Source: Sedimentisphaerales bacterium
GTDB lineage: Bacteria; Planctomycetota; Phycisphaerae; Sedimentisphaerales; Anaerobacaceae
Length of the DNA stretch: 64,000 nucleotides
Direction of reading: 5' to 3'
NCBI GenBank assembly: GCA_040772485.1
Contig: JAXGYC010000007.1
Span: forward strand, 736,001-800,000
The stretch's first letter is position 1. Every line of letters begins with the position of its first letter. The translations under genes and the position numbers were made by a program. The notes beneath the pieces were generated by a model that was given only the letters and a program-made list of their open reading frames with translations, made no database searches and was not told the DNA's origin. Positions 8,913 to 17,968 of this stretch are shown here, piece after piece.

Positions 8913-10244
8913 CTACGGTCGGACGGCGGTGCCATCGGGCCGGCGGACGGGCTCCCAGTAACCGGGATGCTCGGGCAAGGGAAACTTGGCGGCCAGGGTC
9001 TCATCGATGTCGACGCCCCATCCCGGCGCTTCGTTGATGTACATGTAGCCCTTCTCGATCGTGGGAGCACCCGGAAAGACCTCGCGCGTCTTCTCGTTGA
9101 AGCTGACCGCCTCCTGAATCCCGAAGTTCCAGATCGCCAGGTCCAGGTGCGCGTTGGCGGCGTGCCCGACCGGCGAGACGTCGCCCGGCCCGTGCCAGGC
9201 GCTGCGGACGTTGAACCACTCGCCCAGCGCCGCGATCTTGCGGGCCACGCTGAAACCACCGATCTGCGAGATGTGGACGCGGATGAAGTCGATCAGCCGC
9301 TCGCTCATCAGGCCGACCCATTCGTGCGGGTTGTTGTACAGCTCGCCCATCGCGATCGGGACGCAGGTCTGCTGGCGGAGCAGTTTGAAATAGCCGATGT
9401 CCTCCGGCGAGAACGGGTCCTCGATGAAGAACGGCCGATATTGTTCCAGCCGCTTGACCAGGTTGATCGCCTCGATCGGAGGAATGCGCTCGTGGATGTC
9501 GTGCAGCAACTCGACGTCGTCGCCGCACGTCTTGCGGATGTGCTCGAACATCTCGAGCGTGCCCTTGACGTAGGGCCGCACCTCCATATTGGAATCGACC
9601 GGCGCGCCGAAGCCGGCCTCCTTGAAATCGGCCTGCTTCGACAGGTGGGGCGAGCCGTAGCCGCCGCGCTGGATGCGGATGTGCCGGAATCCCCGCTCCA
9701 TAGCCCGGCGGACGCTCTCCTCGACCTGGGCGAGCGTGCCCCCGCCGCAGTGCGTGTAGCAATCGACCGCGAACCGGCACTTGCCGCCCAGCAACTGGTA
9801 CACGGGCATGTTCGCCCGCTTGCCCTTGATGTCCCACAGGGCCTGATCGAGCCCGCTCAGCGCGTTGTTGAGCACCGGGCCATTCCGCCAGTACGAGCTG
9901 GTGTAGGCGTTCTGCCACATATCCTCGATGTTCTCGGCGTCGCGCCCCTTCGCAAACGGCCGGAGGTACTCATTGACCGCCGTCACAACCGTCAGAGGTC
10001 GCTGGTTGAACGTCGCGCAGCCGAGTCCATACAGGCCCGGCTCGCTCGTCTCGACCTTCACCACGCACAGCCGGATTCCCTGCGGAGCGGTGAGGATCGC
10101 CCGGACGTCGGTGATTTTCAGCGGGGGCAATCCCTTTGTCGCCTTGGCGTACTCGGCCGCCGAGGCATCCTGCCGCCGGCCTGCCAGTCCGAGCAACCCG
10201 GCCGCGCCGAATCCAAGGGCCCCCAGCATCTCGCGTCGGTCCAT
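8913..10244 (-). CDS. Enolase-superfamily sugar-acid dehydratase (RspA/ManD-like) with Tat signal
   Basis: MDRREMLG Tat-like leader; YWRNGPVLNNALSGLDQALWDIKGK; LLHDIHER; FIEDP; MGE; WHGPGDVSPVG. Confidence 0.85.
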   Translation of the reverse strand: MDRREMLGALGFGAAGLLGLAGRRQDASAAEYAKATKGLPPLKITDVRAILTAPQGIRLCVVKVETSEPGLYGLGCATFNQRPLTVVTAVNEYLRPFAKGRDAENIEDMWQNAYTSSYWRNGPVLNNALSGLDQALWDIKGKRANMPVYQLLGGKCRFAVDCYTHCGGGTLAQVEESVRRAMERGFRHIRIQRGGYGSPHLSKQADFKEAGFGAPVDSNMEVRPYVKGTLEMFEHIRKTCGDDVELLHDIHERIPPIEAINLVKRLEQYRPFFIEDPFSPEDIGYFKLLRQQTCVPIAMGELYNNPHEWVGLMSERLIDFIRVHISQIGGFSVARKIAALGEWFNVRSAWHGPGDVSPVGHAANAHLDLAIWNFGIQEAVSFNEKTREVFPGAPTIEKGYMYINEAPGWGVDIDETLAAKFPLPEHPGYWEPVRRPDGTAVRP

Positions 10245-10287
10245 CCGTATCTCCTTGTCCTGATTCGCCTGCCCGCGGAGCGGCGTA

Positions 10288-10719
10288 CTACCAACGGATC
10301 GGGTGGCCGGTCTCCCCCTGCCCGCGATCGACCTCGTCGATCTTCTGCGGCCCGTATACCGTGACACGCATCCGCTCGCCCACCTTCTTGTAGTGCAATA
10401 GCGCGCTGTCCTTGTCCTTGAAATCCTTGTCGATGAACAGCAGCGTCGTCAAACCGACCAGGATGACATCCCCATCGGCCAGGGGCGTCTCGCCGGAGAT
10501 CCGCTGGTTGTTGATATAGACCCCGTTGCGGCTCTTCATGTCATAGGCGTAGTACCGGCCCGTCTTCTCGTCGAACCGGATTTGCAGGTGCTTGCGGGAC
10601 ACCATGTTGTCCAGGATCTGAATCAGCAGCGCCTCGTCCCGACCGATGACGCTGGTCCGATGCCCGAGTGGATAGTAGTCCCCTTCCCGCTTGCCCGATG
10701 TGACGATGAGTGATGCCAT
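10288..10719 (-). CDS. FHA domain protein
   Basis: IGR, VSRKH and DMKSRNGVYIN FHA motifs. Confidence 0.88.
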   Translation of the reverse strand: MASLIVTSGKREGDYYPLGHRTSVIGRDEALLIQILDNMVSRKHLQIRFDEKTGRYYAYDMKSRNGVYINNQRISGETPLADGDVILVGLTTLLFIDKDFKDKDSALLHYKKVGERMRVTVYGPQKIDEVDRGQGETGHPIRW

Positions 10720-10770
10720 AGCTGCGACCCCGACCTTCAGCCCGTAGAATCGACCTGTCCCAATACCAAA

Positions 10771-10799
10771 ATCGTAGAGACCCGATCCGGCCCTGTCAA
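10771..10799 (-). promoter_or_regulatory. sigma70-like promoter (FHA gene)
   Basis: TTGACA-N17-TACGAT on the minus strand. Confidence 0.6.
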
Positions 10800-10833
10800 C
10801 CCTCGACCGGGCGCAACCGGCCGCAAGCCGGGA

Positions 10834-10862
10834 TTGACGCCTCCAGACCGATCCGGTAGAGT
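10834..10862 (+). promoter_or_regulatory. sigma70-like promoter (HAD gene), back-to-back with the FHA promoter
   Basis: TTGACG-N17-TAGAGT. Confidence 0.5.
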
Positions 10863-10912
10863 TACGCACGCATTTGCCGGCTGGGGCATTCCTGGTGGTT
10901 TCTGGAGAATCG

Positions 10913-11686
10913 ATGGAAGAGTTGAGAAGTAAACGCGGGTTCGTCTGCGACATGGACGGGGTGATCTACCACGGTTCCCGTCTGCTGGAAGGCTCGAAGG
11001 CATTCGTGGACTGGCTCAAGGCCGAGGGCAAGCGATTCCTGTTCCTGACCAACAGCTCGGCCCGCTCGCCCCGAGAACTGCACCAGAAGCTGCTGCACAT
11101 GGGCATCGAGGTAGGTGAGGACCATTTCATCACCTCCGGGATGGCGACCGCGCATTTCATCGCCTCGCAATGCCCCGGCGGACGGGTCTTCGCCATCGGC
11201 GACTCCGGGCTCTACCAGGCGTTATACGAGGCCGGGCTCTCGGTCGATGAGAACAGCCCGGACTATGTCGTGGTAGGCGAAACACGAAGCTACAGCTACG
11301 AGAAGATCGAGACCGCCATCCAACTGGTCCTGGGCGGCGCCCGACTGGTGGGGACCAATCCCGACGTCACGGGGCCGACAGAAAAAGGGATCGCGCCGGC
11401 GTGCCGGGCCCTCATCGCGCCGATCGAGATGGCCACCGGACGGCAGGCGTATTTCATCGGCAAACCCAACCCGCTCATCATGCGCCACGCCCAGACTCTG
11501 CTCCAGTGCCACCGCGACGAAACCGTCATCATCGGCGACCGGATGGACACGGATATCGTCGCCGGTATCGAGTCGGGCATCGACACCGTCCTGGTCCTCA
11601 GCGGGATCACCAGGGAGTCCGACCTCGACCGCTACGCCTATCGGCCGCACCACATCCTCCAGGACGTCAGCGAATTGACAACGTAG
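10913..11686 (+). CDS. HAD-IIA hydrolase (NagD-like phosphatase)
   Basis: DMDGV, LTNSS, GKP and IGDRMDTDI motifs. Confidence 0.88.
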   Translation: MEELRSKRGFVCDMDGVIYHGSRLLEGSKAFVDWLKAEGKRFLFLTNSSARSPRELHQKLLHMGIEVGEDHFITSGMATAHFIASQCPGGRVFAIGDSGLYQALYEAGLSVDENSPDYVVVGETRSYSYEKIETAIQLVLGGARLVGTNPDVTGPTEKGIAPACRALIAPIEMATGRQAYFIGKPNPLIMRHAQTLLQCHRDETVIIGDRMDTDIVAGIESGIDTVLVLSGITRESDLDRYAYRPHHILQDVSELTT

Positions 11687-11795
11687 GCTGGGCATCGCCC
11701 ACCACTGCCCCGGCCATACCTGACGTCTGCCCATCATTCCACCGGTGCACTTCGCCTTTGCAGGTAGATCTGTACGGGGATGCTGCAATCGACTT

Positions 11796-11957
11796 TGTCA
11801 TTCCGACCGGAGCGCAGCGGAGTGGAGGAATCTGGCTGCGAAGGGGACACGGCCTTATCCTCGGCCTGATTTCTCTGTGCGGGCTCCGCCCCATTCGACT
11901 TCGCTCCGAGCCTGCCCTGAACGCAGTTGAAGGGGCAAGCTCTTAGTCGAAATGACA
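11796..11957. repeat. TGTCA...TGACA-bounded palindromic (REP/MITE-like) element with nested module
   Basis: Starts tgtcattccgaccggagcgcagcggagtggaggaatctggc and ends gtcgaaatgaca; related copies at 14465 and 35318-35684. Confidence 0.75.
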
Positions 11958-12035
11958 TCCGGCACGCTCTGCGAGATGACAAAACCCCCTGCATGGCCTC
12001 GGCAGGAACCTGCCTGCAAACACGCAGTGCACCCT

Positions 12036-12067
12036 CATTCCACCATTCCATGATTCCATCATTCCAA
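12036..12067. repeat. 4 x 8-bp tandem repeat (S-ATTCCA-N)
   Basis: cattccac cattccat gattccat cattccaa. Confidence 0.8.
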
Positions 12068-12098
12068 CGTCGGCGGGTTCCCTGTACAATTCGTCGTC

Positions 12099-13412
12099 AT
12101 GGACATCTACAATCTCGTCAGCTTCTCGGGGGTCTTCGTCCTGATGGCCGTCGCCTGGGTCCTCTCGGCCGAGCGGCGAAAGATGAACTGGCGGCTGATC
12201 GCCTGGGGTGTAGTGCTGCAATTGGCCGTCGCGGCCTTCATCTTCATGGTGCCGGCCGGAGCGAAGGTCTTCCTGGTCGCCAACGACGTGGTCGTCCGCG
12301 TGATCGATTCGGCCGGCGCCGGCGCACGCTTCGTCTTCGGCCGCCTCGCCCTCGGGCCCGGCCAGACCGGAGACGATGGCGAAACATCACTCGGTTTCAT
12401 CCTGGCCTTCCAGGGCTTCCCGACGATCATCTTCTTCTCGGCCCTGATCGCGATCCTGTACCATCTGCGGGTCATGCCCCTGCTGATCAAGGCCTTCGCC
12501 TGGGTCTTCACGCAACTGATGCGCATCTCCGGGGCCGAATCGCTGGTGGCCGCCAGCAACATCTTCGTGGGCGTCGAGTCCATGCTGACCGTCAAGCCCC
12601 ATCTGGCCCAGATGACGCGGTCCGAGACCTGCACAATCCTGACCGCGGGAATGGCCACCGTATCATCCAACGTACTGGCGTTGTACGTCTTCAGCCTGCG
12701 GGAGCAGTTCCCGATGATCGCCGGACACCTGGTCTCGGCGTCCCTGCTCTCGGCACCGGCGGCCCTGGTCATGTCGAAGATCCTCCTGCCGGAAAGCGAG
12801 CAGCCCCAGACGCTCGGCGTTCATGTCGAACCGTACTACGAAAAGGACAGCGGGCTCTTCGAGGCGATCATCAACGGCGCCAACGCCGGAGTGCGTATGA
12901 TCGTCGGCATCACCGCCCTGCTGATCGCCGTCCTCGGTTTGGTGGCGCTGGTGGACCTGCTCCTTGGCGGGCTTGGAGCATGGATCAATCCCGTATTCGG
13001 CTGGCAGGGACAGTGGTCGCTCAAAGCCCTGTTCGGATACCTGTTCCATCCCGTGACGCTGATCCTGGGCGTGCCTGCGGCAGATGTTCATGAGATCTCG
13101 CGGATCGTTGGAGAACGCCTGATCGTCACCGAAGTAGCCGCCTACAACGATCTGGCGGCCGCGATGAAGAACGGCCTCGTGCAGCATCCTCGCTCGGCGG
13201 TCATCGCCACGTACGCCTTGTGCGGATTCGCCCACATCGCGTCGATGGCGATCTTCGTCGGCAGCCTCTGCGCCCTGGCGCCGCAGCGGACGCGGAACAT
13301 CGGACCGATCGCGGTCCGAGCCTTGATCGCCGCGACGCTGGCGTGCCTGATGACCGCCTGTGTCGCCGGCACGTTCTTCACGGAAGGGTCGATTCTGTTG
13401 GGAGGATCGTAA
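12099..13412 (+). CDS. Concentrative nucleoside transporter (NupC/CNT family)
   Basis: FVFG, PTIIFFSALIAILYHL, GAESLVAASNIFVG, GMATVS, YALCGFAH. Confidence 0.9.
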   Translation: MDIYNLVSFSGVFVLMAVAWVLSAERRKMNWRLIAWGVVLQLAVAAFIFMVPAGAKVFLVANDVVVRVIDSAGAGARFVFGRLALGPGQTGDDGETSLGFILAFQGFPTIIFFSALIAILYHLRVMPLLIKAFAWVFTQLMRISGAESLVAASNIFVGVESMLTVKPHLAQMTRSETCTILTAGMATVSSNVLALYVFSLREQFPMIAGHLVSASLLSAPAALVMSKILLPESEQPQTLGVHVEPYYEKDSGLFEAIINGANAGVRMIVGITALLIAVLGLVALVDLLLGGLGAWINPVFGWQGQWSLKALFGYLFHPVTLILGVPAADVHEISRIVGERLIVTEVAAYNDLAAAMKNGLVQHPRSAVIATYALCGFAHIASMAIFVGSLCALAPQRTRNIGPIAVRALIAATLACLMTACVAGTFFTEGSILLGGS

Positions 13413-13777
13413 TGCTCGTACGGTCGCTGAGCGAGTGCGCCGAGTTCGTCGCCGGAGACGGTTCGCTCCTGCGCGAGATGCTGCATCCGGACAAGATGGA
13501 CGCGGAGATTCGATACAGCCTGGCACATGCGACAGTGGCGCCCGGAGAGGCGACGAGGCCGCACCGCCTCGCCGGCTCGGAGGTCTATTACGTCATCGCC
13601 GGTTGCGGCCGGATGTTCATCGACGATGAATCGCAGGTCGTCGGCGCCGGCTGCGCCGTCTACATCCCGCCGGGTGCCACCCAGTACATCGAAAACGCCG
13701 GCACCGAAGACCTCGTCTTCCTCTGCATCGTCGACCCCGCCTGGCAGGAGCAGGACGAAGAAATCGTCGCTGACTGA
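13412..13777 (+). CDS. Cupin domain protein
   Basis: PHRL...EVYYVIAGCG and YIPPG cupin motifs; start overlaps the transporter stop (TAATG). Confidence 0.85.
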   Translation: MLVRSLSECAEFVAGDGSLLREMLHPDKMDAEIRYSLAHATVAPGEATRPHRLAGSEVYYVIAGCGRMFIDDESQVVGAGCAVYIPPGATQYIENAGTEDLVFLCIVDPAWQEQDEEIVAD

Positions 13778-13805
13778 GAAATGTGGCCCGAATTCCGGTT
13801 TTTTC

Positions 13806-13834
13806 TTGACGCCGAACCCGACGGCGCGTAAGAT
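13806..13834 (+). promoter_or_regulatory. sigma70-like promoter pointing into the repeat region upstream of putP
   Basis: TTGACG-N17-TAAGAT. Confidence 0.55.
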
Positions 13835-13974
13835 ACGCAAATAACTCAATAGTCCATCAGTTACCATCAACGCCAGGGACGCACTCATGGCCATCGAAAC
13901 ACCAGTTCCGAGCAATCGAGACCACCGTCCCGGGTGGCTCCGGGCCCGGGATCGCCGCTCCACTGGCCCCCAAC

Positions 13975-14218
13975 CGTGCAAAACAAACCCAATTATCGGC
14001 CTATTCTGGCCAAAAGCAGCGATTCGACCGGGGAAACAAACCCAATCGAACCCAATCCGCGAGGGCGCCGGCTGGCCACCGTGCCAGCCCGAGTGTCGAG
14101 GCACGAGTCGCAGGTCACGGCCCCAGCGCAACGAATCGTGCAAAACAAAGCCAATTTCCCGCGTCCTTGGCCCAAGAACGCGGTTTGCGGCCCGAAAACA
14201 AAGCCGATCTCAGCCGAG
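13975..14218. repeat. Two ~82-bp modules of phased AAACAAASCCRAT direct repeats
   Basis: Cores at 13981, 14034, 14143 and 14196; spacing is 53 bp in both modules. Confidence 0.85.
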
Positions 14219-14230
14219 GCCAGACCGACT

Positions 14231-14443
14231 ATGGACCCCGCCAGTCCCGACAGCACGTGTGGGCAGGCGCTTCTGATGTTGCAGGCGATTCTCGGCTATC
14301 TGCTGCTGGGGGCGCTGGTGACGCGGTTCCCGGTGTTGTTCGCGGCCGGCGGTCCGGCGGGGAAGCTCACCGACGAGAACGGGCTCATGGAGCGCATGTG
14401 CGGATGGGTGAAGAAGTTGCTCAGGCGAAAGGAAGTGGAATGA
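14231..14443 (+). pseudogene. Probable C-terminal remnant of a membrane (channel-like) protein
   Basis: ...GQALLMLQAILGYLLLGALVTRFPVLFAAGGPAG: one TM helix resembling the post-pore helix of two-TM channel domains; the upstream frame runs into repeat DNA. Confidence 0.4.
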
Positions 14444-14464
14444 AGCACCTGGCAACGATCAGTG

Positions 14465-14563
14465 TGTCACCCCGAGCCTGCCGAGGGGTCTACCCGAGGA
14501 CAAGAGGCGCGCATGGCCTCTGGCCAGATGCTTCGACTTCGCTGCGCTCCGCTCAGCATGACA
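14465..14563. repeat. TGTCA...TGACA-bounded palindromic element
   Basis: tgtcaccccgagcctgccgaggggtct ... cttcgacttcgctgcgctccgctcagcatgaca. Confidence 0.75.
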
Positions 14564-14671
14564 AGAGGAGCGAGGCGGCTCTCGGACGGATGAAGAGGAA
14601 GTTCCTCGTGCCGCGATGCTTGCTGCGTTGCGGGCGCGGTCACGCGGTATGAGCGGCCGATGGTGGACCAT

Positions 14672-16150
14672 ATGATGACGACCGAGACGATGGTCACGTT
14701 TGTTGTGTACTTTGCCGTACTGCTGGCGATTGGCTTCTACTTCTACCGGCGCAACGAGAGCATCGAGGAGTACCTGCTGGGCGGGCGCGGGATGGGCGCG
14801 TGGGTCACGGCGTTGTCGGCCCAGGCCAGCGACATGAGCGGCTGGCTGCTGATGGGCCTGCCGGGAGCGATCTACATCGGCGGTCTGACAAACGCCTGGA
14901 TCGCGGTCGGCCTGTTTGTCGGCACGGCCCTCAACTGGCTGCTGGTCTCCCGGCGGCTGCGGCTCTACACCCAGAAGACCAACTCCATCACGCTGCCCTG
15001 CTTCTTCGAGGCGCGGTTCGGCGACCCCACGGGCCTGTTGCGCGTCGTCTCGGCGATCGTCATCCTGATCTTCTTCACGATCTATGCCTCCAGCGGGCTG
15101 GTCGCGGCGGGCAAGCTCTTCGAGTCCACCTTCGGGGTCTCCTACCCGGTCGCCGTCATCATCGGCGGCGCTATCATCATCGCGTACACGTTCATGGGAG
15201 GATTCCTTGCCGTTTGCTGGACGGACCTGTTCCAGGGCTCGCTGATGATTGTCGCGCTGGTGGTCGTCCCGACGCTGGCTTACGCGCGGGCCGGAGGCGC
15301 CGCCGGCATCCAGGACGGCATGGCGATCCGGGACATCGCACGGAGCCTCCGCCCGCCCGGCGGACCGGCGGCCTTTCTCGCTGTCGTCTCGGCTATGGCC
15401 TGGGGACTCGGCTATTTCGGCCAGCCGCACATCCTCGTGCGGTTCATGAGCGCCAAGTCCCTCGCCGGGCTTTCTCGGTCGATGGCGATCGCGATCGTGT
15501 GGGTGTTCCTCTCGCTGGCCGGGGCAGTCGCGATCGGCCTGATCGGCATCGGGTTGTTCCGGACGGTGCCGGGCGGCGACCCCGAGAAGGTGTTCATCTA
15601 CATGATCGCCGAGGTCACCCGTCCGTGGCTGGGCGGCATCATGCTGGCCGCCATCCTCTCGGCGATCATGTCCACGATCGATTCGCAACTGCTCGTCTCG
15701 TCGTCGGCATTGACCGAGGACTTCTACCGCCGGGCGATCCGCCGCGACGCTACCCCTCGCGAGGTCGTGCTCGTAGGACGCATGTGCGTTCTGGCTATTT
15801 CGCTCATCGCTCTGATCCTGGCCCTGGGCGTGAGAACGGAGACCATCCTGGAGATCGTCGCTTACGCCTGGGGCGGGTTCGGCGCCGCCTTCGGGCCGTT
15901 GGTGCTGTTCGCGTTGTTCTCGAAACAGACAAGTTGGCCGGCGGCGCTGGCGGGCATGATCAGCGGCACCGTCACACTGGTCCTCTGGAAGCAGGTGGGC
16001 CTGAGCGAACGGATGTATGAAATCGTTCCGGGGTTTGTCGCCAATTGCGCGGCCATCGCCCTGGTGAACCGGCTCATCCGACAGAGCGACAAAGTCGTAC
16101 TGCAGCAATTCGATGAGGTCGTTGCGCGGGTGCGAGAAAGAACACTATGA
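14672..16150 (+). CDS. putP: Sodium/proline symporter
   Basis: YLLGGR, ALSAQASDMSGWLLMGLPG, WGLGYFGQPHILVRFM, AAILSAIMSTIDSQLL, YAWGGFGAAFGP. Confidence 0.93.
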   Translation: MMTTETMVTFVVYFAVLLAIGFYFYRRNESIEEYLLGGRGMGAWVTALSAQASDMSGWLLMGLPGAIYIGGLTNAWIAVGLFVGTALNWLLVSRRLRLYTQKTNSITLPCFFEARFGDPTGLLRVVSAIVILIFFTIYASSGLVAAGKLFESTFGVSYPVAVIIGGAIIIAYTFMGGFLAVCWTDLFQGSLMIVALVVVPTLAYARAGGAAGIQDGMAIRDIARSLRPPGGPAAFLAVVSAMAWGLGYFGQPHILVRFMSAKSLAGLSRSMAIAIVWVFLSLAGAVAIGLIGIGLFRTVPGGDPEKVFIYMIAEVTRPWLGGIMLAAILSAIMSTIDSQLLVSSSALTEDFYRRAIRRDATPREVVLVGRMCVLAISLIALILALGVRTETILEIVAYAWGGFGAAFGPLVLFALFSKQTSWPAALAGMISGTVTLVLWKQVGLSERMYEIVPGFVANCAAIALVNRLIRQSDKVVLQQFDEVVARVRERTL

Positions 16151-16758
16151 GTCAAATCGCAGTCGACATCGTGCTCCTGCCCGAAGCGAGGATCGCCAGA
16201 CTGGCGGTCGAGACCAACCGCAAACTGACCGGCAGCAGTTGTCGCGAGATCGTTCTGGACGAGACCACGTGCCTGCCGCACATCTCGCTGGCGATGGGCT
16301 GCATCGAATCCGAGCAGGTCGATGCGATCGGGAGGATGCTGGGTACGATCGTGAAGGACTGCCCCGTCGGCCAACTCACGATCACAGGGGTCGTGACCGT
16401 GCTGAATGCACGGAATGAGCCGAACTCGCTCTTTGCCGTGGCCAAGACCGAGGCCCTTCAGACGCTGCACGAGCGGATGATGGAAACGACAGAGCCCCAT
16501 GTGAGCCACGACGTGACGGCCGAGATGATCTGCGGCGATGAAGAAGTGGCGCCGAGCACACTGGCGTGGATTCGGGACTATCGCCGCAAGGCCGCCTTCG
16601 CCGCGTTCTTCCCGCACATCACGATCGGGTATGGCGTGGTGACCGAGCCGATGACGTTCCCCATGGATTTCGTCGCGCCCCGGTTGGCCGTCTGCCACCT
16701 CGGCAATCACTGCACGTGCCGCAAGGTGCTCGCTTCGGCGTCAACGCTCGATCAGTGA
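16147..16758 (+). CDS. 2H phosphoesterase (2'-5' RNA ligase-like fold)
   Basis: Two HxS/T motifs, PHISL and PHITI; ATGA overlap with putP. Confidence 0.75.
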   Translation: MSQIAVDIVLLPEARIARLAVETNRKLTGSSCREIVLDETTCLPHISLAMGCIESEQVDAIGRMLGTIVKDCPVGQLTITGVVTVLNARNEPNSLFAVAKTEALQTLHERMMETTEPHVSHDVTAEMICGDEEVAPSTLAWIRDYRRKAAFAAFFPHITIGYGVVTEPMTFPMDFVAPRLAVCHLGNHCTCRKVLASASTLDQ

Positions 16759-17942
16759 GCGATCACGCTGGAGACCCGGAAGACCGGCAGCAGAAGCGCA
16801 ATGGCGATCGTTCCGATGACCACGCCGAGAATGGTGATCATCAACGGCTCGATCACCGTCATCACGCTCTGGATGGAAGCCTGGAGCCTCTTCTCGTAGA
16901 AGATGGAGACCTTGTCGCACACCTCGCCCAGCCGACCGGCCTTCTCGCCGGCCCGCAGCATCTGAATGATCCCGGGCGCAATCAGCTTGGCGCGTTCGGA
17001 GATCAGAATGGCCTCCGAGAGCTGGTATCCATCCTGGACCCTTTCGTCCACTTCTTCCCAGAGCTGCTGGAAGTAGTAGTTGTCCACACAGCCCTGGATC
17101 ACGCGGATCGCGTCCAGGAGCCGAACCCCGGTGTTGACCATCGTGGCCATGATCCGCATGCTCCGCGTGACGACCATGTCCACGAACATGGTGCCGATGA
17201 TCGGGGTCCGGATCTTCACCCCGTCGAGGACGCGCCGTCCGGAGACGGTGTGCGACCACCAGTACAAACCCACCCCCAGCAGGATGAGGCTCGTCACCAG
17301 GGCCGCCATCATTGCCCCGTTGCCCACAATATGACTGATGTGAACGAGAACCAGGGTGAGCTTGGGCAACGCCGCCTCACGGGCTTCGTAAATCCGCATG
17401 AAGCGAGGCAGCACGAAGAACATCAACGTACCGGTGGCGGCGATCGCCATCAACACCATGATCAGCGGATACGTCAGAGCGCCGAGGACGCGCTTGCGCG
17501 TGTCGGCCTCGAAATTGAGGTATCCCGTCAGGACGGACAGCATCTCGACCATTCGTCCGGAGGCCTCCGAGGCCTTCACCATGCTGATGAACATCTTGTT
17601 GAACGTGTTCGGATAGAAGGTCAAGGCCCGGGAGAACATCTCGCCGCCTTTGACGCGTTCGGAGAGATCCAGGATGATGGCCTTGAATCGCGGGTCTGCG
17701 GCCTGTTCCCCGATGGCATCCAGGGCGTCGCTGAGGATGACGCCGCTGTCCAGCATGACCGCCAACTGCGTGGTGAAGAGAATCAGGTCGCTGGTCTTGA
17801 CGCGCACCTTCCCCATCGGCGCCGGGTCCGCGGGACCGCGAGCAGCACCGGCGGCGCCCGGCTTCGATTCCGTGGCCGACGCCAACGTCGCGCTGCCGTC
17901 CTCGGCACCGGTCTTTCGCATGTCTGTCATCAAAGTTGCCAT
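16752..17942 (-). CDS. pilC: Type IV filament platform protein (PilC/GspF)
   Basis: FTTQLAVMLDSG, MVKASEASG, ALTYP, MLRAGEKAG, IEP; three TM segments. Confidence 0.92.
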   Translation of the reverse strand: MATLMTDMRKTGAEDGSATLASATESKPGAAGAARGPADPAPMGKVRVKTSDLILFTTQLAVMLDSGVILSDALDAIGEQAADPRFKAIILDLSERVKGGEMFSRALTFYPNTFNKMFISMVKASEASGRMVEMLSVLTGYLNFEADTRKRVLGALTYPLIMVLMAIAATGTLMFFVLPRFMRIYEAREAALPKLTLVLVHISHIVGNGAMMAALVTSLILLGVGLYWWSHTVSGRRVLDGVKIRTPIIGTMFVDMVVTRSMRIMATMVNTGVRLLDAIRVIQGCVDNYYFQQLWEEVDERVQDGYQLSEAILISERAKLIAPGIIQMLRAGEKAGRLGEVCDKVSIFYEKRLQASIQSVMTVIEPLMITILGVVIGTIAIALLLPVFRVSSVIAH

Positions 17943-17968
17943 AGGTCTACTTGTTCACCCGATCGACG

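Noticed and set aside
11764..11796. VDLYGDAAIDF, resembling a dockerin/EF-hand-like fragment before the palindromic element
   Set aside because: Too short to distinguish from chance.
13975..14218. CRISPR interpretation of the repeat-N39-repeat pattern
   Set aside because: Repeats are only 13-20 bp, spacing alternates 53/109 bp, spacers are related to each other, and no cas genes are present.
13887..14276. ORFs 13887-14276 and the 5' part of 13934-14443 as real proteins
   Set aside because: Largely translations of the DNA repeat (KTNPI, QNKANF) in different frames; no protein-level signal.
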